Part shown: in pieces, positions 19,551-27,945 of the stretch
How positions within the stretch are numbered: position 1 is the first letter of the stretch
Layout: every line of letters starts with the position of its first letter
Assembly: GCA_964463325.1 (NCBI GenBank)
Contig: CAYXBY010000002.1
Coordinates: 1-60,327 of the forward strand
Length of the DNA stretch: 60,327 nucleotides
DNA from: an uncultured Lachnospiraceae bacterium
Lineage (GTDB): Bacteria > Bacillota > Clostridia > Oscillospirales > CAG-272
Direction: 5' to 3'
Translations under genes and position numbers: made by a program
Notes under the pieces: model-generated
Seen by the model: the letters and a program-made list of their open reading frames with translations, nothing else
Database searches by the model: none
Told to the model about the DNA's origin: nothing

Positions 19551-19573
19551 ATTTTGTCCATTGTGAGCCGAGT

Positions 19574-20200
19574 TTAGACGCCGATCAGCAGCAATATCTG
19601 CCCGATGGGGTAAAACCACCAAATCAGCTGTCGCAGCGTGTGCGACCGAATACCGCAGGCGCGATCCAGCACGATAAAGAAGTCGGAGACGAGAAAGGAC
19701 AGCACTCCGACGGCGGACACAATGGCCATCCCGCCGACTGAGAAGGCGTACGAGAACACTGATGCGCAGTTTGCACATATCACAAATAGATAAATCGTGC
19801 ACAGCCAAAACATATAATTTAGTTCCTGGTTGCGCAGCAGCGCCAATACCAACATAGTACAAACCAGCGCCACAAACAGCACGAAGGCTACGACTACACC
19901 GGCATTCAGAAATGCGCAGCCAGCGTCGTATATGCCATATGTAAAGGCTGCTATGTAGACCAGGTGTGCCCCGGTGAATAGCAGTGATCCGGTGATAAAG
20001 CCGCGCAGATGCAGTGAACGCGTGATGGGCTTGTAGTCCATCAGCACGATGTCACCGAGTGAGGACATCACCATGGCGATCGCCGCCAGCAGCCGCGGCG
20101 GTGACGGTGAAAGAATTGCCAGCAGGCAGGCAAAAATGCTCATCAGAACGGTCAGCACCAGTCGCCCGGGGAGACCAAACCAGCGGAAGAATTTGTTCAT
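19574..20200 (-). CDS. YhhN-family (lysoplasmalogenase-like) membrane protein
   Basis: About 7 TM segments. SSLGDIVLMDYKP and FLVSDFFIVLDR resemble the two conserved YhhN motifs. Family call made from memory. Confidence 0.55.
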   Translation of the reverse strand: MNKFFRWFGLPGRLVLTVLMSIFACLLAILSPSPPRLLAAIAMVMSSLGDIVLMDYKPITRSLHLRGFITGSLLFTGAHLVYIAAFTYGIYDAGCAFLNAGVVVAFVLFVALVCTMLVLALLRNQELNYMFWLCTIYLFVICANCASVFSYAFSVGGMAIVSAVGVLSFLVSDFFIVLDRACGIRSHTLRQLIWWFYPIGQILLLIGV

Positions 20201-20221
20201 ACCATCGTCCTCAAGCCTGGC

Positions 20222-21715
20222 TTAATCCTGCGCCCAAGCGCGGGCGCGGTCAACAGCCTTATGCCAGCCGCTCAGACGACGACGGCGCTCATCGACGCTC
20301 ATCTGTGGGTCAAAGCGACGCTCGACCTGCCAATGCTGTGCTATTTCCTGCTCTGAGTCGAACACACCAACAGCCAGCCCGGCGAGATTTGCCGCGCCGA
20401 GGGCGGTCGTTTCGATGCAGGCAGGACGGATGATGGGCAGCCCCGAAACGTCAGCCTGGAAGGACAGCAGCAGATCGTTGGCGCAGGCGCCGCCGTCCAC
20501 CTTGAGTGAGGACAGGCTGATCCCGGCCTCTCGCTGCATCAGCTCCAGCACGTCGACGGTCTGGTATGCCATGGCCTCCAGCACCGCGCGGACGACATGT
20601 GCGCGGCCGGTGGCACGCGTCAGCCCCAGCAGTGCGCCGCGGGCGTAGGGATCCCAGTAGGGAGCGCCCAGCCCCACAAAGGCGGGGACGAAATAGACGC
20701 CCTCGGAGTCAGGCACCTCGGCGGCGACGCGCTCACTCTCAGCTGCGCCGGCGATAAGTCCCAGTCCGTCGCGCAGCCACTGCACGGCGGCGCCGCAGAC
20801 GAACACCGAGCCCTCGAGCGCATAGTTGACCTGCCCGCCCCGGCTCCAAGCGATGGAGGTAAGCAGGCCGTTCTCTGAGAACACCGGCTCGGTGCCCGTG
20901 TTCATGAGCATAAAGCCGCCGGTGCCATATGTATTTTTGACCTCGCCCGTGCCAAAGCAGCACTGGCCAAACAGCGCAGCCTGCTGATCACCGGCAACTC
21001 CCGCGACGCTTACGCTACTGCCGAGCAGGGAGGGGTCGGTGTATCCGAACAGTCCGGATGACGGCAGCACCTCAGGCATCAGCTGCTCGGGTATGCCGAA
21101 GAGCTCTAACAGCTCGCTGTCCCAGCGCATCTCACGGATGTTGAACAGCATCGTGCGCGAGGCGTTCGAGGGGTCGGTGGCATGGACGCGCCCGCCGGTC
21201 AGCTTGTATATCAGCCAGGTGTCGACGGTGCCGAACATCAGCTCGCCGCGCTCGGCACGCTCGCGCACGCCGGGGACGTTGTCAAGTATCCATTTGATCT
21301 TGGTGGCGGAAAAATATGAATCGATGATGAGCCCAGTCTTGCTGCGGATGCGGTCGGTAAGACCGGCGGCCTTAAGGTTGTCGCAGTAGTCCGCCGTGCG
21401 GCGGCACTGCCAGACGATGGCGTTATACACCGGCTCTCCGGTGCGGCGATCCCACAGCATGGTGGTTTCGCGCTGATTGGTGATGCCTATGGCGGCGATA
21501 TCAGACGCTGACAGCCCTGAGCGGCGCAGAGCCTGCTGCATGACAGCAAGCTGCGAGCTCCAGATCTCACGCGGGTCATGCTCGACCCAGCCCGGGGTGG
21601 GGAAGTAGTTGGGAAACTCCTGCTGCGCGACGGCGACAATATGCTGGTCGGCATCGAAAATAATACATCTTGAGCTTGTAGTGCCCTGATCGAGTGCCAT
21701 TAGATATTTTGGCAT
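20222..21715 (-). CDS. glpK: glycerol kinase
   Basis: MPKYLMALDQGTTSSRCIIFD N-terminus; FGGY kinase family, 497 aa. GAGGTG RBS lies 6 nt before ATG 21715 (track start 21724 is the GTG inside the RBS). Confidence 0.95.
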   Translation of the reverse strand: MPKYLMALDQGTTSSRCIIFDADQHIVAVAQQEFPNYFPTPGWVEHDPREIWSSQLAVMQQALRRSGLSASDIAAIGITNQRETTMLWDRRTGEPVYNAIVWQCRRTADYCDNLKAAGLTDRIRSKTGLIIDSYFSATKIKWILDNVPGVRERAERGELMFGTVDTWLIYKLTGGRVHATDPSNASRTMLFNIREMRWDSELLELFGIPEQLMPEVLPSSGLFGYTDPSLLGSSVSVAGVAGDQQAALFGQCCFGTGEVKNTYGTGGFMLMNTGTEPVFSENGLLTSIAWSRGGQVNYALEGSVFVCGAAVQWLRDGLGLIAGAAESERVAAEVPDSEGVYFVPAFVGLGAPYWDPYARGALLGLTRATGRAHVVRAVLEAMAYQTVDVLELMQREAGISLSSLKVDGGACANDLLLSFQADVSGLPIIRPACIETTALGAANLAGLAVGVFDSEQEIAQHWQVERRFDPQMSVDERRRRLSGWHKAVDRARAWAQD

Positions 21716-21748
21716 GATTTTCACCTCTTTTGATCAATTACATCATCA

Positions 21749-22234
21749 TTATAACACATTTTTTGGCAGAGAGCAATAGGCCCCCTGCACATTTCCAAGC
21801 AAAATATCGAGTGAACTGACAAATCCCGCTGTGATGCCACGCTCAAGGCGTGCGCTGCTTTCAAGGCTGTCTCCAACGGCTGACATGTGCTGCGGCAGCA
21901 GCCTGCCTTGAAAGGTGTTTGCCAGCTCCAGCATGTCGCGGCAGAGCGCCGCGAGGCTATCCAGACTCCTGACATCGGGAGATGTCGGTGGCAGTGTCGA
22001 CCGCAGAGCTATTATTCGGTCGCATATGTGCGTCAGCTCACCTGTGTCGCCGACATGAGCTGATTCATACAGCCGTGTCAGGTACTGACTGCGTGCGGCG
22101 GGGCGTTTTTCCGGCGCCAGCGTCAGCTCGCTGTCTGACAGGCCACGCGCCAGTGCCGAGGTGCGACTGAGCGACTGCTCGAGTGCCCGCACAGTTTCAT
22201 TATAGCTTTGGCAGAGCTCGTTAATTTCGTTCAT
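21749..22234 (-). CDS. hypothetical protein (161 aa, looks helical, no family recognised)
   Basis: GGAGG RBS lies before ATG 22234 (MNEINELCQSYNETVRALEQ...). No TM segment or motif I recognise. Confidence 0.55.
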   Translation of the reverse strand: MNEINELCQSYNETVRALEQSLSRTSALARGLSDSELTLAPEKRPAARSQYLTRLYESAHVGDTGELTHICDRIIALRSTLPPTSPDVRSLDSLAALCRDMLELANTFQGRLLPQHMSAVGDSLESSARLERGITAGFVSSLDILLGNVQGAYCSLPKNVL

Positions 22235-22264
22235 TGTGCCTCCGTGATAATTTTGATAATTCTC

Positions 22265-22293
22265 AAAAAGGGCAGCCTGCGGCTGCCCTTTTT
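22265..22293 (-). terminator. intrinsic terminator after the KH-domain gene
   Basis: GGGCAGCC (22270-22277), loop TGC, GGCTGCCC (22281-22288), flanked by A5 and T5. On the minus strand the stem is followed by TTTTT. Confidence 0.75.
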
Positions 22294-22299
22294 GCGGCG

Positions 22300-22539
22300 T
22301 CATTTGATCTCTACGTTCACTCTTTTGCCACAGGTAGCTCCTGCGGCCTTCATAACGGTACGGATAGCCTTGGCGATCTTGCCATGGCGACCGATGACCA
22401 TGCCCATGTCGTCAGCAGCAACGCTGAGCGTCAGGTCAATGGTGCTTTCATCGGGCTCGTTCTGAAGCACAGTGACCTCGTCCGGGTTATCGACGATAGC
22501 GCGGGCGATATCGTACAGTGTCTGCTTGAAATCCAGCAT
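22300..22539 (-). CDS. khpA: KH-domain RNA-binding protein (YlqC/KhpA)
   Basis: 79 aa with VIGRHGKIAKAIRTV (GxxG KH motif). Conserved position after rpsP. Confidence 0.88.
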   Translation of the reverse strand: MLDFKQTLYDIARAIVDNPDEVTVLQNEPDESTIDLTLSVAADDMGMVIGRHGKIAKAIRTVMKAAGATCGKRVNVEIK

Positions 22540-22559
22540 TTTAGCCCTCCCCGTCAGGG

Positions 22560-22805
22560 TCAGTCAATTATGCCCGACTTCTTGAGCAGGGAACGAACAG
22601 TCTCGGTAGGCTGAGCGCCGTTGCCGAGCCACTTCTTTGCCTTCTCAGCGTCGATCTTGACCTCTGCCGGCTCAGTCATGGGGTTGTAGGTGCCGATCTC
22701 CTCGATAAATCTGCCGTTGCGGGGAGAACGCTCATCTGCGATGATAACGCGGTAGAAGGGGTTCTTCTTCGCACCGATTCTTCTGAGTCTGATTTTAACT
22801 GCCAT
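22560..22805 (-). CDS. rpsP: 30S ribosomal protein S16
   Basis: [42 protein letters not shown]. Confidence 0.97.
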   Translation of the reverse strand: MAVKIRLRRIGAKKNPFYRVIIADERSPRNGRFIEEIGTYNPMTEPAEVKIDAEKAKKWLGNGAQPTETVRSLLKKSGIID

Positions 22806-22860
22806 TTTGATATTCCTCCAAAATGATTATATTATTTATAAAAATCCGTGATATTTTGCA

Positions 22861-24198
22861 TCAGAACGGAATTTTCATCTTGCCTTTGCCCATCCGCCCG
22901 AGCTTGGACGGATTTGAAAACTGCTTCATCAGCTTTTTGATCTGGTCAAACTGTCGCAGCAGCTTGTTGACCTCCTCGACCGAGGTGCCGCTGCCGAGTG
23001 CGATACGGCGCTTGCGCGAGCCGCCGATGATCTCGGGCTTTGCGCGCTCAGCCGGTGTCATTGAACGGATGATGGCCTCCTGATGAGCCATCGCGCTTTC
23101 GTCTATTTTAGCGTCCTTGAGCGCTCCGGGCTTGACGCCTGGCATCATTCCGGCCAGCTGCTCAAGGCTGCCCATGTTTTTGAGCTGTGCGAACTGATCG
23201 AGGTAATCATCCAGCGTGAAGGTCTGCTGACGTATCTTTTGCTCGAGCTCTGCCGCCTTTTTTTCGTCGTATGCGGACTCAGCCTTTTCGATAAGCGACA
23301 GCACGTCGCCCATGCCGAGTATGCGCGAGGCCATACGATCGGGGTGGAAGGGCTCGATTGCGTCCAGCTTTTCGCCGGTGCCGATGAATTTTATCGGCTT
23401 GCCGGTGACATATCGGACTGACAGTGCCGCGCCGCCGCGCGTGTCGCCGTCAAGCTTGGTCAGTATGACGCCGGTGATGTCAAGCTGCTCGTTGAAAGTC
23501 TGTGCAACGTTGACCGCGTCCTGACCTATCATGGCGTCGACGGTGAGCAGTATCTCCGTCGGCTCTGTTTTTTGCTTTATCTGCCTCAGCTCATCCATCA
23601 GCTGCTCGTCTATGTGCAGACGACCTGCCGTGTCGATGAACACCATGTCATAACCCTTTTGGCGGGCATAAGCCAAGCCTTCCTCGGCAATTTTGACCGG
23701 GGAGACCTTGTCGCCCAGTGTAAATACGGGTATCTCCAGCTTTTCGCCCACGATCTCGAGCTGCTTAATAGCAGCCGGACGGTAGACGTCGCAGGCCACC
23801 AGCAACGGGCGCTTGCCCTGCTTTTTGTACATGCCCGCGAGCTTTCCCGCATGCGTTGTCTTGCCGGCACCCTGAAGACCCACCATCATGACGACAGTTG
23901 GCGGGGCGGGGGAGATGGTCAGCTTGCTCTGGGTCTTGCCCATGAGGTTGGTCAGCTCTTCGTTGACGATCTTGACCACCTGCTGTCCCGGCAGCAGTGA
24001 TTCAAGCACCTCTGCGCCGACGGCTCTTTCGGATACCGCATTTACAAATTCGCGAACGACCTTGAAGTTGACGTCCGCCTCAAGAAGTGCCAGCTTTATT
24101 TCACGCATACCGGCCTTGATATCGGCCTCGGTAAGCTTACCCTTGCTACGGAATTTTTTGAAGGCAGCATTCAGCTTATCGCCTAAACTTTCAAACAT
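22861..24198 (-). CDS. ffh: signal recognition particle protein Ffh
   Basis: SRP54 N/G domains (GLQGAGKTT, DTAGRL) and a Met-rich M domain. 445 aa. Confidence 0.97.
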   Translation of the reverse strand: MFESLGDKLNAAFKKFRSKGKLTEADIKAGMREIKLALLEADVNFKVVREFVNAVSERAVGAEVLESLLPGQQVVKIVNEELTNLMGKTQSKLTISPAPPTVVMMVGLQGAGKTTHAGKLAGMYKKQGKRPLLVACDVYRPAAIKQLEIVGEKLEIPVFTLGDKVSPVKIAEEGLAYARQKGYDMVFIDTAGRLHIDEQLMDELRQIKQKTEPTEILLTVDAMIGQDAVNVAQTFNEQLDITGVILTKLDGDTRGGAALSVRYVTGKPIKFIGTGEKLDAIEPFHPDRMASRILGMGDVLSLIEKAESAYDEKKAAELEQKIRQQTFTLDDYLDQFAQLKNMGSLEQLAGMMPGVKPGALKDAKIDESAMAHQEAIIRSMTPAERAKPEIIGGSRKRRIALGSGTSVEEVNKLLRQFDQIKKLMKQFSNPSKLGRMGKGKMKIPF

Positions 24199-24213
24199 TG
24201 TGTGCCTCCTTGA

Positions 24214-24543
24214 TCATACTATTGCCGCAAGCTGCTCGAGCTCGGCCCTCAGCTCTGCGGGGAGCTGCAGCGGCTCTGACAGCGTGCATATACGATCGAC
24301 AGCGCTGCGAACCTCATCCAGCCGCCGCGCCAGCCCCAGCTTTTCCTCATAGAAAAGCAGCTCGGTCTCCGACTTTTTGATGATGTCCCGCACGCCCTGC
24401 CGTGAGATGCCTATAACGTCGGATATCTCCGACAGCGACAGATCCTCATTGTAATACATGTCGAGAACTCCGCGCTTGCGTTCTGTCAGCAGCTCCCCAT
24501 AAAAATCGAGGAGGTAGCCTATGCTCAGATTTTTTTCAAACAT
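24214..24543 (-). CDS. ylxM: YlxM/UPF0122 putative DNA-binding protein
   Basis: MFEKNLSIGYLLDFYGELLTERKRGVLDMYYNEDLSLSEISDVIGISRQGV (sigma-70 region-4-like HTH). Conserved position upstream of ffh. Start set to ATG 24543. Confidence 0.85.
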   Translation of the reverse strand: MFEKNLSIGYLLDFYGELLTERKRGVLDMYYNEDLSLSEISDVIGISRQGVRDIIKKSETELLFYEEKLGLARRLDEVRSAVDRICTLSEPLQLPAELRAELEQLAAIV

Positions 24544-24556
24544 ATCTGCATCCCAT

Positions 24557-24590
24557 AAAAAAACTGTGTAAAGCAAAATGCTTTACACAG
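24557..24590 (-). terminator. intrinsic terminator after the CNNM/CorC gene pair
   Basis: CTGTGTAAAGCA (24564-24575), loop AAA, TGCTTTACACAG (24579-24590), a perfect 12-bp stem. On the minus strand it is followed by T7. Confidence 0.75.
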
Positions 24591-24617
24591 TATAACACAC
24601 TTATGTGCGTTTGTCAA
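24589..24617 (-). promoter_or_regulatory. sigma-70-type promoter for ylxM-ffh, overlapping the upstream terminator
   Basis: On the minus strand: TTGACA, 17 nt, TATACT, with a TGt extended -10. The -10 abuts the terminator stem. Confidence 0.5.
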
Positions 24618-24626
24618 TAGCTTTTT

Positions 24627-25922
24627 TTAAATTTCTTCGGCTTCCTCGACCGGATTTACCAGTACTGTCAGCTTAGTGACGCGCATATCGTCCATTTCGG
24701 CTACGACTACGAACAGATTTTCGTAGTTGAAGGTGTCACCGATGTGCGGATCGGCGTTCAGCATCTCGACAGCCCAGCCGCCGACGGTCGAATACTCGCA
24801 TTCGACGTCCTTGGAGTGGAATTCTATCTCCGAGAAAAAATCATCGATGTTCATGTCACCGTTGACCTCGTAGGTGTTGTCACCGGTCTGCTCGATCATG
24901 CTGACGATCTCGTCGCTCTCGTCCCAAATGTCGCCGACCAGCTCCTCGAGTATGTCCTCCATAGTGACAAGCCCCAGCGTGCCGCCGAATTCGTCGATGA
25001 CGATGGCGACATGCGTCTTTTTCTCGCGCAGCGTTGCCAGCGCGGCCGGCAGACGCATGGTCTTGTGAATGAAGCAGACGGGAATGAGCAGCTCGCGCAG
25101 CGGCTTTTGCTCGCTCTCGCTTTCGACAGCGTTTTTGTAATAGTGGTTGAGGTAGAGGACACCTATGATATTGTCGATGGAGTCCTCATAAACAGGCAGT
25201 CTTGAGTAGCGGGAGCCCTCGATCACCTCGTCGATAGCCTCGGGTGTGTCGTCCACATCGATGGACAGCACGTCGATACGGGGAGTCATGATCTCCTCAA
25301 CGGTGGTGTCTGGGAATTCGAGCGTGGACTGAAGCAGCTCGCTCTTGTCCTCGTCTATGACGCCCTCTTCTTCGACTGTCTCAATGATGGAGGATAGATC
25401 CTCCTCTGTGACAGTCGGCTCGTCATCGGGGCGATCCTTGCCCCACAGCTTGCGCAGCAGGTTGACGACCAGCATGACGATGAAAACGGCGGGGTAGAGA
25501 ATAATAGTAAGTATCCTTACAGGATAGGCTACCCAGCAGACCACGCGGTCGGCATGCTGCTTTGCGAGAATTTTAGGTACTATCTCGCCGCATATGAGAA
25601 TGATCACGGTCATTATCACGGTTGCGATGGCGGAGGCCAGCGAGTTTGCACTCTCGCCGACGTTGAGCGCCGTCAGCAGCTGGATTATAATGATAGTCGT
25701 GACCGACGAGGCGGCGATATTTGCGAGATTGTTGCCGATGAGTATGGCGGACAGAGCAGTGGTGAAGTTTTCACTGATCTTGTAGGCCATGGCAGCAGTT
25801 TGGCTGCCGCTTTCGGCGTTCTTTTTCAGCCGCATTTTGTTGGAGGCGTTGAAGGATATTTCCGAGCCCGAGAAAAATGCGGACAGCATGAGCATGAGAA
25901 GTATTATAATATACGGCCACAT
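24627..25922 (-). CDS. CNNM/DUF21-CBS-CorC_HlyC family protein (hemolysin-like, putative divalent-cation efflux)
   Basis: N-terminal 4-TM DUF21, a CBS pair, and a C-terminal CorC/HlyC transporter-associated domain. 431 aa. Confidence 0.85.
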   Translation of the reverse strand: MWPYIIILLMLMLSAFFSGSEISFNASNKMRLKKNAESGSQTAAMAYKISENFTTALSAILIGNNLANIAASSVTTIIIIQLLTALNVGESANSLASAIATVIMTVIILICGEIVPKILAKQHADRVVCWVAYPVRILTIILYPAVFIVMLVVNLLRKLWGKDRPDDEPTVTEEDLSSIIETVEEEGVIDEDKSELLQSTLEFPDTTVEEIMTPRIDVLSIDVDDTPEAIDEVIEGSRYSRLPVYEDSIDNIIGVLYLNHYYKNAVESESEQKPLRELLIPVCFIHKTMRLPAALATLREKKTHVAIVIDEFGGTLGLVTMEDILEELVGDIWDESDEIVSMIEQTGDNTYEVNGDMNIDDFFSEIEFHSKDVECEYSTVGGWAVEMLNADPHIGDTFNYENLFVVVAEMDDMRVTKLTVLVNPVEEAEEI

Positions 25923-25923
25923 A

Positions 25924-27252
25924 TTAGTTTACCTCCTTTTCCGGCTGTGCGTCGGATGCGTCGGTATTTGCGGGCTGAGGCGTCTCGGCATCAAGCTTGA
26001 TCACGACGTTTTCAAGCTTGCCGTCCTCGACCTCGTCGATCGTGACCTCAAGATTTTCATAGTTGAAACTCTCGCCCTCCTCGGGAAAGTGCCCCAGCTG
26101 CTGGATGACCCATGAGATGACAGGTGTGTCAGCCAGCGATGCGTCTGCACAGGTAAGTCCCATGCGTGTGAAGGCGTTGCCGACGGTGAGATGTGTGTTG
26201 ACGGTGAAGCGGTTGCCGCCCATCTTGAAGAAGCTGGTGTCGACAACGTCGTCCTCGTCCCATATCTCGCCGACCAGCTCCTCAAGGAAGTCCTCGATGG
26301 TGACGATGCCAAGCGTTTTATCGGCCTCATCCGTAACCACGGCAAGATAATTCTTTTTCTTGCGCATGACGGACAGCAGGTCGTCGATGTTGGCGTTGTC
26401 GCGGACAAAGAAGGTCTCGGTCAGCATGGAGCGGATGTCGATGTTGGGATCCTTGCGATAGGCCTTGAGAAAGCTGCGTATCTGAAGGACGCCGAGAATG
26501 TTGTCAAGGTCGCCGTCGTAGACCGGGAAGCGGGAGTGGTTGTCCTTGAGTATCTCACGAACGATCTCGTCGTTCGACAGGCTGACGTCGATGGCGCAGA
26601 TGTCGCCGCGCATGGTCATGACATCGGCGGCGGTGGTGCCGGAAAAGTCGAGCGCGCTCTTGAACAGGTCGCTCTGCTCCTCGTCCATGACGCCCTCCTC
26701 CTCAATAGTGTCAATGATGTCGTACAGCTCCTCCTCGGTAATGGAGGGGGCCGACTCGGTCTTGAACAGCTTTGAGACTGAGTTGCTTATCAGTGAGAAG
26801 AAGGCCACCAGCGGTGACAGTATCTTCATCAGGAAGCGCAGCGAGCCAGCGCAGGCCATGGACATTGAGTCGCAGCGGTCATTGGCGAATGCCTTAGGGA
26901 TCATCTCGCTGAAGAGGAAGACGATCGCGGTGGATATGACCGTGCACAGCACCGAAACGCGGACATCGTTGATATCCCAAATGCCGGCCACGAAGGCCGT
27001 GGCGACAGAGGCTGCCGCAATGTGCGTGATGTTGTTGCCGATAAGCAGGGTGGTGATCGCTTTTTCAAAGTTATTTGATATGTAAAGCGCCTTTTTGGCC
27101 TTTACGTCGCCGTCCTCCGCACGTGTTTTGAGCCTGATCTTGTTGAGAGCGGAATATGAGCTCTCACAGCCGGCAAAGTACGCGCCAAGAACCACCATGA
27201 TAATAAAAACGGCTAATTGTAACCAACTACCGTCGTCCATTAGATGGATCAA
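25924..27252 (-). CDS. CNNM/DUF21-CBS-CorC_HlyC family protein (paralogue of the downstream gene)
   Basis: Same domain order, 442 aa. Its stop lies 1 nt from the start of the downstream paralogue. Confidence 0.85.
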   Translation of the reverse strand: MIHLMDDGSWLQLAVFIIMVVLGAYFAGCESSYSALNKIRLKTRAEDGDVKAKKALYISNNFEKAITTLLIGNNITHIAAASVATAFVAGIWDINDVRVSVLCTVISTAIVFLFSEMIPKAFANDRCDSMSMACAGSLRFLMKILSPLVAFFSLISNSVSKLFKTESAPSITEEELYDIIDTIEEEGVMDEEQSDLFKSALDFSGTTAADVMTMRGDICAIDVSLSNDEIVREILKDNHSRFPVYDGDLDNILGVLQIRSFLKAYRKDPNIDIRSMLTETFFVRDNANIDDLLSVMRKKKNYLAVVTDEADKTLGIVTIEDFLEELVGEIWDEDDVVDTSFFKMGGNRFTVNTHLTVGNAFTRMGLTCADASLADTPVISWVIQQLGHFPEEGESFNYENLEVTIDEVEDGKLENVVIKLDAETPQPANTDASDAQPEKEVN

Positions 27253-27279
27253 CTCCTTTTTGAATGTATTGATTTTATT

Positions 27280-27308
27280 ATTATATACGATTTTTGCAAA
27301 TTTGTCAA
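27280..27308 (-). promoter_or_regulatory. consensus sigma-70-type promoter for the CNNM pair
   Basis: On the minus strand: TTGACA, 17 nt, TATAAT. AAAAGGAG RBS lies before ATG 27252. Confidence 0.6.
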
Positions 27309-27357
27309 TAGCGGAGACGAATGTTTTTATGTAACTTGACTATTTGGCGAAATTTGA

Positions 27358-27386
27358 TTGACTTACCGCTGATAACGTGATATAAT
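27358..27386 (+). promoter_or_regulatory. sigma-70-type promoter for ruvC
   Basis: TTGACT (27358-27363), 17 nt, TATAAT (27381-27386), with a TGa extended -10. Confidence 0.6.
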
Positions 27387-27417
27387 TAGTATGGATTATA
27401 ATTTGCAGAGGTGTGCC

Positions 27418-27921
27418 TTGATAATACTTGGGATCGACCCCGGGCTGGCTATCGTCGGCTGGGGCGTGATAGACTATAATTGCAACCGATTTAGGACGAT
27501 CGACTACGGTGCGATACAGACGCCCGCCGGTATGCCGACGGAGCAGCGGCTGGTTGAGATACACCGCCAGCTGTGTCAGCTGCTTGAGCGGTATCACCCG
27601 GCTGCAATGGCGGTTGAGGAGCTGTTTTTTAACACAAATATCACCACCGGCATTCGCGTAAGTCAGGCGCGGGGCGTGATACTGCTAAGCGCCGCCGAGG
27701 CGGGTGTGGAGATCGCCGAATATACGCCGCTTCAGGTCAAGCAGGCGGTCGTGGGCTATGGACGAGCCGACAAGCGGCAGGTCATCAGCATGGTGACGAG
27801 GCTGCTCGGTCTGCGTGAGCCCCCGCGCCCAGACGACACCGCCGACGCGCTGGCCATTGCGATATGTCATGCGCATTGCGGCGGCTCGCGGATAGCGCAG
27901 TATTACAATAAGTCTCTTTGA
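27418..27921 (+). CDS. ruvC: crossover junction endodeoxyribonuclease RuvC
   Basis: (M)IILGIDPGLAIVGWGVIDY N-terminus. Start set to in-frame TTG 27418, which has an AGAGG RBS upstream. Track ATG 27391 lies only 5 nt after the -10 hexamer and is probably not transcribed. Confidence 0.88.
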   Translation: MIILGIDPGLAIVGWGVIDYNCNRFRTIDYGAIQTPAGMPTEQRLVEIHRQLCQLLERYHPAAMAVEELFFNTNITTGIRVSQARGVILLSAAEAGVEIAEYTPLQVKQAVVGYGRADKRQVISMVTRLLGLREPPRPDDTADALAIAICHAHCGGSRIAQYYNKSL

Positions 27922-27945
27922 CACGGCAGAAAGGAACAGTAAAGC

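Noticed and set aside
19552-19580. Rex operator upstream of ldh (TTGTGAGCCGAGTTTAGA).
   Set aside because: Only one half-site (TTGTGA) matches the TTGTGAA-N4-TTCACAA consensus. That is too weak to call.
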